The position numbers and the translations under genes are program-made. From positions 24,723-88,722 of IMG/VR virus record IMGVR_UViG_3300032241_000649: DNA of 64,000 nucleotides. One strand, written 5' to 3'. The notes beneath the pieces were generated by a model. That model saw nothing but the letters and a program-made list of their open reading frames with translations, ran no database searches and was not told where the DNA came from. Source of the DNA: a virus. This document shows positions 1-7,124 of the stretch, piece by piece; position 1 is the stretch's first letter, and each line of letters opens with the position of its first letter.

Positions 1-23
1 AATCTACACCAGATGGAGACCCA

Positions 24-269
24 ATGCTTCAGGGATACAGCGAGTATGCAGCAGCCATTGCATTGTTACTAGATAGTACTGATGTTGCGTCTAAGATAAT
101 TGCACGCAATGAACGAAGTAGTGCTAGTAGTTTCTTAACTACTCTTGCTACAGTTATTGCTAGGAAGATTGAGACAGCCCAATTCAAGGGCATGGTTGAA
201 GCTTCTGGTGCAGCTGCTACACAGCAATGGGTAATGGTTGACCGCCCAACGCTATTCCCAAATGACTAA
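24..269 (+). CDS. hypothetical protein
   Basis: 81-aa ORF with GGAG RBS upstream; co-oriented with the early arm. Confidence 0.6.
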   Translation: MLQGYSEYAAAIALLLDSTDVASKIIARNERSSASSFLTTLATVIARKIETAQFKGMVEASGAAATQQWVMVDRPTLFPND

Positions 270-293
270 CCAACACAAACAAACGGGGGGCAT

Positions 294-590
294 ATGTCAG
301 AAGAAATAAAGAAAAGACCAAAGGATACCGCAAACGATATTATCTCTTGTGGTAACTGTGGTCGTCGTATCCAACCTCATCAAGCCAGTACCGAGGTGTT
401 TAACACTCGTCACAAAGGCTATGAACATTACCATGAGTCATATCTTGGTTGCTACGAATCAACACGTGAGTCTGGTAAAAAAGTGGTTCTTAACCGCTAC
501 AAGCCATGGCTTCACAACATCTACAACGATCCATCCGAACCTGTTGATGATGGTGCTAAATACACCAACATCATTGACAAAATCAAATAG
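294..590 (+). CDS. hypothetical protein with CxxC motif
   Basis: 98-aa ORF; CGNC plus later H/C residues; G-rich RBS. Confidence 0.6.
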   Translation: MSEEIKKRPKDTANDIISCGNCGRRIQPHQASTEVFNTRHKGYEHYHESYLGCYESTRESGKKVVLNRYKPWLHNIYNDPSEPVDDGAKYTNIIDKIK

Positions 591-593
591 ATA

Positions 594-759
594 ATGTTAG
601 GCTGGCTAAGCCAACCGCGAGCATACTTCATGTACACCTAGACCCTAGTACCCAATTAAACCAGCCACAGAGGAACAGTTCTGTGCGACGTAGGTTGAGG
701 CAACAGTGATGGTAAGCCCTGCAGTCCCTGTAAGCACTGGAGGTAAGCCAGCCTAATAT
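594..759 (+). ncRNA. candidate structured non-coding RNA (family unknown)
   Basis: Intergenic. 14-bp closing stem 594-607/746-759 with one G-U pair. Inner helices 612-616/693-697, 666-672/679-685, 704-708/735-739, 638-641/645-648. Confidence 0.55.
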
Positions 760-777
760 CTAATAAAGGAGAGCAAC

Positions 778-1014
778 ATGTGTCATGAATGTTATGACGA
801 AGAACAACCCGAGTTTTCATTAGAGATGATCCCTGAGGAAGACCGCGAGGATTTTTTAGACTTCACCTGTGAACAGTTTGGCGTAGTAATTAACGCTGCT
901 GTTACTAATGATATCTTGTTTGAACTAATCACTGAATGGCCTGCTGAGAAGCAAGCAATGTTCACGTTAGCTAGCGTTCTTCAAGGAAGAGTCTTTGGAG
1001 ATAACAACGAATAA
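778..1014 (+). CDS. acidic hypothetical protein
   Basis: AAAGGAG RBS; 78 aa; N-terminal CxxC. Confidence 0.7.
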   Translation: MCHECYDEEQPEFSLEMIPEEDREDFLDFTCEQFGVVINAAVTNDILFELITEWPAEKQAMFTLASVLQGRVFGDNNE

Positions 1015-1024
1015 AGGAGAGCAA

Positions 1025-2410
1025 ATGGAGATAGCAATCTTCACCGAATCATATGAGCCCTCTATGGGAGCACATCGCCGTCAGGTATTGATGGCTCCTC
1101 ATGATGGTGGAGTACGTGTCTATTCACGCAAAACTGATGGCACTAAAGGTCATGGTAGCGCGTGGGTTGAGACTGATCTTGAAGAGTTGGTCACTGAGAT
1201 CAACCCTAACGAACAGTTGACACGCACACCAAGTGGTGTGTACGTTACACCCTTAGATGAAAAAGCAATAACAACCAAAGGATATTCCCCAGTGTTGTGC
1301 ACTAAAGCGTGCTCAGCACATGCTAAGGCTGGTCCTAATACAGAAACAAAAACACTCGTGGAAACTATCTACGATGTGTACACACGCATACTAGGAGGAG
1401 ATGACACCTTGGATACATATGTCAAAGACAATCGCTCAGCAACTAGCAGTACTGTCCCGTTGATAGTACAGCCAGTGCATGAGCTTCCAACACAAACAAC
1501 CGCCCAGCCAGCATTCAACGTATCGTTGGCCACAGTGCCTCCAATGAAGTTGGCTGAACGTTATGTACATCGTAAGGTCTACGGAGTTGAAGACTTCAAA
1601 ACATTCGATACAGCACGTGCTAAAGGCATCAACGTTCTTATCTACGGTCCAACAGGTCCCGGTAAGACTACAGCAGTCGAAGCATGGGCTGCTGAACGCA
1701 ATCTACGCATGGCTACAGTATCTGGTAACGCGTCTATGGAATCCCGCCAGTTATTCGGTGGCTTCATTCCTGATGGCAATGGTGGCTATGGATGGATTGA
1801 CGGTCCTGTCACAGACGTAGTTCGTAATGGTGGTGTTTTACTCCTAGACGAGTTCAACTTCATCAGTCCTAAGATCTACACAACACTCTATCCATTGACT
1901 GACGGTCGTCGTACGATCACATTGCTAGATCACATGGGCGAGACAATCGTTGCTCACCCTGACCTAACAATCTTCGCTACTATGAATCCTGATTACATTG
2001 GTACTACACCGCTTAACTTTGCTATGCGTAACCGCTTTGACATTCAACTGTCATGGGATTACGATGACGCAGTGGAATCAAAGCTAATCTCATCCAAGTC
2101 TTTGCTACTAATCGCTAAGCAATTGCGTGCGGAAGCAGCCAAGGGTCAGTATGAGACTCCAATCTCAACTAACATGCTCATTGAAATTGCTGACTTCATC
2201 AATGATGATGATCTTGGCTATGAGTTTGCTATTGAGAACTTCATCGCTCACTTCAGTGCAGACGAGCAGCCATCTGTTCGTTTGGTATTCCAAACACACG
2301 AACACAATATCAAGCAGGACTTCGGTATGGAAGTTGAAATTGAGCTTGAGAAAGACGCTGACGTGTCACCTGAAGATCTAATGAACAAATGGTTAACCAA
2401 CACAAACTAA
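1025..2410 (+). CDS. MoxR/CbbQ/CobS-like AAA+ ATPase
   Basis: Walker A GPTGPGKT, Walker B LLLDE, ATMNP sensor, AMRNRF arginine finger; start moved to the ATG after AAAGGAG. Confidence 0.9.
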   Translation: MEIAIFTESYEPSMGAHRRQVLMAPHDGGVRVYSRKTDGTKGHGSAWVETDLEELVTEINPNEQLTRTPSGVYVTPLDEKAITTKGYSPVLCTKACSAHAKAGPNTETKTLVETIYDVYTRILGGDDTLDTYVKDNRSATSSTVPLIVQPVHELPTQTTAQPAFNVSLATVPPMKLAERYVHRKVYGVEDFKTFDTARAKGINVLIYGPTGPGKTTAVEAWAAERNLRMATVSGNASMESRQLFGGFIPDGNGGYGWIDGPVTDVVRNGGVLLLDEFNFISPKIYTTLYPLTDGRRTITLLDHMGETIVAHPDLTIFATMNPDYIGTTPLNFAMRNRFDIQLSWDYDDAVESKLISSKSLLLIAKQLRAEAAKGQYETPISTNMLIEIADFINDDDLGYEFAIENFIAHFSADEQPSVRLVFQTHEHNIKQDFGMEVEIELEKDADVSPEDLMNKWLTNTN

Positions 2411-2419
2411 GGGGGTAAC

Positions 2420-4279
2420 ATGTTTCAAGATGAGTTAGATGAATCGTACTACGCACAAGAACGAACTGAGGAGATACAGGTTAGATCTGTTCGACTCAAT
2501 GCGCTCTGTCGTGTATATGAACAAGCAGACCGTGTTCTCACTGGTGATCCAGTGGTAGTAAATGTAGCAAATGACGGCCCCGCACCAGCGTGGTCCGACG
2601 GTGCAAGCATTACTATCAATGCCAGTCAGATAGGTGACATGGACTTAGAGTCATTGACTCAGGTCAATGGCCTGAACTATCATGAGCTTGCCCATCACTT
2701 ATATACTCCAAGACGAGGCACAGACCTTGTCAAATGGGTTATAGAAAATAACTACATGCAGACGTTCAATATGCTGGAGGATCAGCGTATCGAGACTTTG
2801 CTTGTAGCACGCTATCCATCTATTGCTCCATATCTAACAGCTACGTGTGCTCGTTGGCTTGCTGCATCTCCTGATGAAATGCAAAGCAACTATGTACTCA
2901 TGCGTGGTCGTAGGTATCTGCCTGTGGAATTGCGTCAAGCATTCCGTGATATGTTCAACAATAAAGAACTTATCCCAGCAATCATTGACATCGTAGATCA
3001 GTATCGTCTCTTAGCATTCCCCAAAGATTATGCTAAGGCTCGTGAACTAATCAAACGGTTCAATGATGAAGTGCTACCAAACATGCCAAAAATTCCACAA
3101 GGTGGCAATGGATGTACTAATCGTGATCCAGTAACCAAAGGTCGTCCTGAGCCAGGCAAGGCACAGGAACGTGACGCACAGCGTGCTAATGGTATGGGCA
3201 AAGCAGAATCTGAATGGACTCCACGTAAATCTATTGAGGAGCAAACAGAAGATGCGCCCAACACAAACCCAACTGAAAACATAACTCAAGTTATGTCAAC
3301 AGAGGAGCAACTAGAGGCTCGTCAGCAATCACAACAATCTAACACAGCTGGATTAGCTGCTGGTGATGGTCACATTGCTAGTGCTGGTGGATTGCCAAAC
3401 AACATCAATGACATGCTTGATAACGTCATACAGTCTGTACTAGAACGTAAAGATGTACAGCAGGACGTTAAAATCAAGCAGAAAGTAATCATTGGTGGTG
3501 ATGGCAAGCATGAGGATACATTGCGTACGGGTAAGTTTGACAAAACCCCTGTACCATCTGAAGCCATGGCTAACTTTCGTAAGTTTGCTAAGGAACTAGA
3601 ACGCTTGCGTGATGAGTGTGAGCCAATGTGGCATCGTGAGGAAGCGTCTGGCCGTCTCAATGTACAACGTGCATTGCGTGGCTGTGAAATTGACGAAGCC
3701 TTTGACCGCTGGGATGAAGGTAACGATGGTGCTGATATCGAAGCGGTAATCATGGTTGATCGGTCAGGCTCTATGAATTCTGGTAAAAATGACATGCACG
3801 CTTCTATCGCTAGCTGGACTATCAAACGTGCACTAGAAAGCATCGGCGCCCCGGTGACTGTGTATGCGTTTGATGACCAAGCTGAACTAGCCTATGCTCG
3901 TACTGAACTGGCTAGCAAGACTCAATACAAATTCATCTATGGTAATGGTGGTACAAATCCGTACTCTACATTGCTAGCAGCTGAGCAGTTATTGATGTCC
4001 TCTCGTAAGAAAAATAAGATGCTGTTCATGATTACTGACGGCGCGTTTGATGCCCGCAGGAATGATGAAATTATCGCCCGCATTCAAAAGCGTGGCGTGC
4101 TAACTGCAATGACTCTTATCATGCAGGAAAGTGATCTAGAGTACTACACAGAACGTGGTACAAAACTAGAAGAGTTCCGTCATGGTATGGAAATCTTTGC
4201 TCGTATCAATTCAGCACGTGACTTGGTTCCATTTGCCAAGTCTGTAGTAGCCGGCGCTATCAAGAAGCGTGGGCGTTAA
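2420..4279 (+). CDS. vWA-domain protein (CobT-like) with N-terminal HExxH metallopeptidase-like domain
   Basis: HELAH and LEDQRIE motifs; MIDAS DRSGS, GGT, ITDG; adjacent to the MoxR ATPase. Confidence 0.85.
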   Translation: MFQDELDESYYAQERTEEIQVRSVRLNALCRVYEQADRVLTGDPVVVNVANDGPAPAWSDGASITINASQIGDMDLESLTQVNGLNYHELAHHLYTPRRGTDLVKWVIENNYMQTFNMLEDQRIETLLVARYPSIAPYLTATCARWLAASPDEMQSNYVLMRGRRYLPVELRQAFRDMFNNKELIPAIIDIVDQYRLLAFPKDYAKARELIKRFNDEVLPNMPKIPQGGNGCTNRDPVTKGRPEPGKAQERDAQRANGMGKAESEWTPRKSIEEQTEDAPNTNPTENITQVMSTEEQLEARQQSQQSNTAGLAAGDGHIASAGGLPNNINDMLDNVIQSVLERKDVQQDVKIKQKVIIGGDGKHEDTLRTGKFDKTPVPSEAMANFRKFAKELERLRDECEPMWHREEASGRLNVQRALRGCEIDEAFDRWDEGNDGADIEAVIMVDRSGSMNSGKNDMHASIASWTIKRALESIGAPVTVYAFDDQAELAYARTELASKTQYKFIYGNGGTNPYSTLLAAEQLLMSSRKKNKMLFMITDGAFDARRNDEIIARIQKRGVLTAMTLIMQESDLEYYTERGTKLEEFRHGMEIFARINSARDLVPFAKSVVAGAIKKRGR

Positions 4280-4304
4280 TCCAACACAAACAAAGGAGAG
4301 CAAA

Positions 4305-4496
4305 ATGTACAACATATTCGATAACCTTACAGAAACATTGATAGGCCCATTCAATGACTATGAATCAGCCCAAATGTTCATGCTATATGCCTCAGAAGAC
4401 ATGATAGATGGTGGCGCATGCCTATCCATTGAAGCTGTAACTGATCCACTTGAGTGGGTACAGGAGAATAATCTATCTATGGCAGCATACGTATGA
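4305..4496 (+). CDS. hypothetical protein
   Basis: AAAGGAG RBS before the ATG at 4305. Confidence 0.65.
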   Translation: MYNIFDNLTETLIGPFNDYESAQMFMLYASEDMIDGGACLSIEAVTDPLEWVQENNLSMAAYV

Positions 4497-4654
4497 GTAT
4501 CCAATATCTAGACCATCATCCAGTTATTACACCAATCATAGAAGGATTAAAACAACGAGAGGAGGAACGCCATCAAGCTAATAAAGATATAGTTAGAGAG
4601 CTGTTAATTAAACACGATGCAGAGGATTTAATTCCAATGCTATTGGAGGACTAA
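4493..4654 (+). CDS. hypothetical microprotein (53 aa)
   Basis: Read by hand: MSIQYLDHHPVITPIIEGLKQREEE...; ATGA and TAATG overlaps with its neighbours. Confidence 0.6.
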   Translation: MSIQYLDHHPVITPIIEGLKQREEERHQANKDIVRELLIKHDAEDLIPMLLED

Positions 4655-4836
4655 TGGCCAAAAAAAGTAAGAGTACAACCATTGGTTATGGGAAGCACAC
4701 GTTCAAAAAGAGAAAGACTAGAGCGGGTGGTTCTTGCATGAGGGTTGGTGGTAGAAATAGGATACGTAAACCCAGACTTACAGCGGGTACGTTTCCTGTA
4801 GTAACTACTTATATAAACAAACTAGAGGAAGAATAA
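4654..4836 (+). CDS. small basic hypothetical protein
   Basis: 60 aa, K/R-rich; GGAGG RBS; translationally coupled. Confidence 0.55.
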   Translation: MAKKSKSTTIGYGKHTFKKRKTRAGGSCMRVGGRNRIRKPRLTAGTFPVVTTYINKLEEE

Positions 4837-5291
4837 TGGTAAATACATTCCTGCCTTGGCCGGATATAACAAAGACAGCTAAATCCCTAGACGATAAGAG
4901 ACTTGGCAAGCAACGCGTAGAAGCATTGCAGATTCTAAGGGCTAACTTGGGTCTAACTGTGGGATGGCGCAACCACCCAGCTGCAGTAATGTGGCGGGGA
5001 CACGAAGGCTACCTATATATGTACACGAACGCTATGTGCATAGAGTGGAGGCAACGTGGGTTTGAAGATAACGTACAAGCAAGGCTGCAAGAAATATATG
5101 CAGAGCACGACTTACAGGGCTGGGATAAACCCTGGTGGTGGGGCATTGATGAGTTCCATAAATCGCATCGCTCTAACCTCAAGCGTAAAGATCCGGTTTG
5201 GTACCGGTTTCGTGTACGCAAAGACCTGTTATACAAATGGCCTATGCCTGATAGGTCATTCCGTGTAGTAACTAAAAAGGAGAAAAAATGA
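4836..5291 (+). CDS. pyrimidine dimer DNA glycosylase / endonuclease V-like protein
   Basis: TFLP..D, LDDKRLGKQRVEALQIL, NHPAAVMWRG and HRSNL motifs typical of the DenV-related family. Confidence 0.85.
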   Translation: MVNTFLPWPDITKTAKSLDDKRLGKQRVEALQILRANLGLTVGWRNHPAAVMWRGHEGYLYMYTNAMCIEWRQRGFEDNVQARLQEIYAEHDLQGWDKPWWWGIDEFHKSHRSNLKRKDPVWYRFRVRKDLLYKWPMPDRSFRVVTKKEKK

Positions 5292-5425
5292 ATGAAGTAG
5301 TATGGCAGTCTACAATCACAGCAGATATGGTTGCAGACTTCAGTCCAGATGAACTAGACCTCATGATTGCTGACCTAAACGATGCAGTCATGCAAACCTG
5401 TCAAGACTATGGAATGGCGGACTAA
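5288..5425 (+). CDS. acidic hypothetical microprotein (45 aa)
   Basis: Read by hand: MNEVVWQSTITADMVADFSPDELDL...; AAGGAG RBS. Confidence 0.6.
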   Translation: MNEVVWQSTITADMVADFSPDELDLMIADLNDAVMQTCQDYGMAD

Positions 5426-5426
5426 C

Positions 5427-5618
5427 ATGGCTAAGTATCAAGTAACCATCCACGAACATGTTATCTATGATCATTGGGTGGAAGCAAGCAGCAAAGAAGA
5501 AGCAAAAGAACTAGCTGAAGACGCCATAAGTGATGGCAACAATGCAGGTTGGAAGCTAGATGAAATGGCTGGGTGGACTGAAGTAGGAGACATCTACCTA
5601 GATGATCAGCTGATTTGA
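5427..5618 (+). CDS. small hypothetical protein (DpnD/PcfM-like pattern)
   Basis: MAKYQVTIHE...VEASSKEEAKELA strand-strand-helix pattern. Confidence 0.6.
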   Translation: MAKYQVTIHEHVIYDHWVEASSKEEAKELAEDAISDGNNAGWKLDEMAGWTEVGDIYLDDQLI

Positions 5619-5644
5619 CTCAAAACAAACAAATCGGCTATACT
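5615..5644 (+). promoter_or_regulatory. sigma70/SigA-like promoter
   Basis: TTGACT-18 nt-TATACT. Confidence 0.6.
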
Positions 5645-5648
5645 GTAA

Positions 5649-5870
5649 ATGGAAAGGAAAAAGATGCCTAATGAAGACCTATACAACCTAGAAATCAAGT
5701 TCGATGTCAACATAGCCAAATGGCGTATTGATGATCAAACTGTAGAAGACAACAGAGAGTGGGCACTATGGGTATATGACAGGTTACAAGGCAAATGGAT
5801 TGATACTTCAGAAATGAGTAGACCAGGTGAAGAAGTATCTATCGTAGAGCTTACCCAAAGGGGGGTATGA
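5649..5870 (+). CDS. hypothetical protein
   Basis: ORF track; true start may be the later ATG (MPNED) after AAGGA. Confidence 0.6.
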   Translation: MERKKMPNEDLYNLEIKFDVNIAKWRIDDQTVEDNREWALWVYDRLQGKWIDTSEMSRPGEEVSIVELTQRGV

Positions 5871-5874
5871 TGAA

Positions 5875-6102
5875 ATGCAACTCAATATAAAGACCAAGGA
5901 GATAAAGAAGCTGGTTAGCGCGTTAGAGCAAGCCGGCTTACAAGTTTCCATAACTAATGGGAAACACCATGTTAAAGTGGTTAACCCAAGAACTAGGAAT
6001 ACTGTGTTCTTCGGGGCTCAGTCTCTAGGAGATCGCAGAACTGGTAAGAATATCCTACGAGATCTAAAGCACGTAGGATTCAACAAGAATATAAAGCTCT
6101 AG
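5875..6102 (+). CDS. HicA-like (dsRBD-fold mRNA interferase) protein
   Basis: KKLVSALEQAGLQV...GKHHVKV...DRRTGKNILRDLKHVGF matches phage HicA-like proteins. Confidence 0.65.
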   Translation: MQLNIKTKEIKKLVSALEQAGLQVSITNGKHHVKVVNPRTRNTVFFGAQSLGDRRTGKNILRDLKHVGFNKNIKL

Positions 6103-6111
6103 GAGGGCAAT

Positions 6112-6405
6112 ATGGCTACAACAGTAAAACAAACACTGACCGCAAAATTAACCAAGAACACATCTGTAGAAAAGGGTGGGGCTTGGTTACTTCACATCTG
6201 TATCCAAACTGAGGGAGCAAGTGAATGTGTAATGGATACGCACTCAGCTTGGTCTAACCCATCTGCAGCTAAGCGCTTCTTGAAGCAAGTAGTGCTTGAG
6301 AACACTCCACGTAAGTCCATCAAGATGGAGACTAAAGCTACCAATGACTTGGGTAAGCCAACTCATCTAGCAGGTGAGCTCAACTATAAGTGGGGTATTG
6401 CATAA
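6112..6405 (+). CDS. hypothetical protein
   Basis: AGGAGG RBS; 97 aa. Confidence 0.7.
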   Translation: MATTVKQTLTAKLTKNTSVEKGGAWLLHICIQTEGASECVMDTHSAWSNPSAAKRFLKQVVLENTPRKSIKMETKATNDLGKPTHLAGELNYKWGIA

Positions 6406-6539
6406 TGGATATGGAAACCGTACTACCTCGTACCTGTACTATATGTATGGGTACGGGGGTTGCCACATGGTATATAGATGAAGAAACATTTGAAATCAAA
6501 GAATGTGACTGCCAATACAAGGAGGAAACAAATGGCTAG
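6405..6539 (+). CDS. small zinc-binding microprotein (44 aa)
   Basis: Read by hand: CTICMGTG...ECDC; TAATG coupling. Confidence 0.55.
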   Translation: MDMETVLPRTCTICMGTGVATWYIDEETFEIKECDCQYKEETNG

Positions 6540-6744
6540 ATACTCAGTAATGTACAGTGTAGAAAAGACAGGCACATTGACGTTTACAGCGGATGATGAT
6601 AGCCACGCACAAGAGCTATACGATGCTTTACTAAATGGAGACATTTATGAGGCAGATCTTGAAGACCTACAAGACAGCACAGAAGATAATAACCAAAGCT
6701 TCTATGAACTACGTAACTCACACGGCAAGCAAATAGCAGACTAA
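6532..6744 (+). CDS. acidic hypothetical protein
   Basis: AAGGAGG RBS before the ATG at 6532 (MARYSVMYS...). Confidence 0.7.
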   Translation: MARYSVMYSVEKTGTLTFTADDDSHAQELYDALLNGDIYEADLEDLQDSTEDNNQSFYELRNSHGKQIAD

Positions 6745-6755
6745 AGGAGAGCAAC

Positions 6756-6911
6756 ATGACACTAGCAACACTTATACTGGTAGCAACATATATAGTAGTA
6801 GACGCCATTAGAGACATACGATTAGAGCGTCGTTTGAGCGATATAGAAGACTGTGTATTCTATATCTATGAAAACCATCCTGAGCTACTTGACCACATAC
6901 GAGTAGATTAA
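6756..6911 (+). CDS. small membrane-anchored hypothetical protein (51 aa)
   Basis: Read by hand: MTLATLILVATYIVVDAIRDIRLERR...; AAAGGAG RBS. Confidence 0.6.
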   Translation: MTLATLILVATYIVVDAIRDIRLERRLSDIEDCVFYIYENHPELLDHIRVD

Positions 6912-6915
6912 ATAG

Positions 6916-6965
6916 GCAAAGCAAAGGCCCCCGGCTCTTAATTGAGTCGGGGGCCATTTGTTTGT
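6916..6965. terminator. bidirectional intrinsic terminator between convergent arms
   Basis: GGCCCCCGGCTC-ttaatt-GAGTCGGGGGCC stem (6926-6955), A-rich on the left and T-rich on the right. Confidence 0.85.
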
Positions 6966-6977
6966 GTTGGCCGTTTT

Positions 6978-7115
6978 TTAGGCCTTGTCTTCGTCCTCTT
7001 CTAGGATCAAATCATCAATGTCCTCAAGGTCTTCGTCATCGAAGTCATACTCCTCAAAGTCATCCTCAAAGTCCTCGTCGAATAGGTCTGGATCTAGGTC
7101 TGTAAAGTCGTCCAT
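6978..7115 (-). CDS. extremely acidic microprotein (45 aa)
   Basis: Read by hand: MDDFTDLDPDLFDEDFEDDFEEYDFDDEDLEDIDDLILEEDEDKA; AAGGAG RBS. Confidence 0.65.
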   Translation of the reverse strand: MDDFTDLDPDLFDEDFEDDFEEYDFDDEDLEDIDDLILEEDEDKA

Positions 7116-7124
7116 ATCTTCTCC

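Noticed and set aside
594-759. tRNA, tmRNA, RNase P RNA, SRP RNA or self-cleaving ribozyme
   Set aside because: No T-loop GTTC(G/A)A with a cloverleaf, no GAGGAAAGTCC, no SRP domain IV loop and no CTGATGA core were seen.
3028-3843. Antisense ORFs from the track (e.g. 3370-3843, 13525-14022, 50367-50696 and similar)
   Set aside because: They are shadows of well-supported genes on the other strand or frame, with no RBS or motifs.
1025-4279. CobS/CobT cobaltochelatase supplying B12 to the class II RNR
   Set aside because: No CobN or other cob genes are present, and the vWA protein has a peptidase-like motif. A generic MoxR-vWA pair explains it better.
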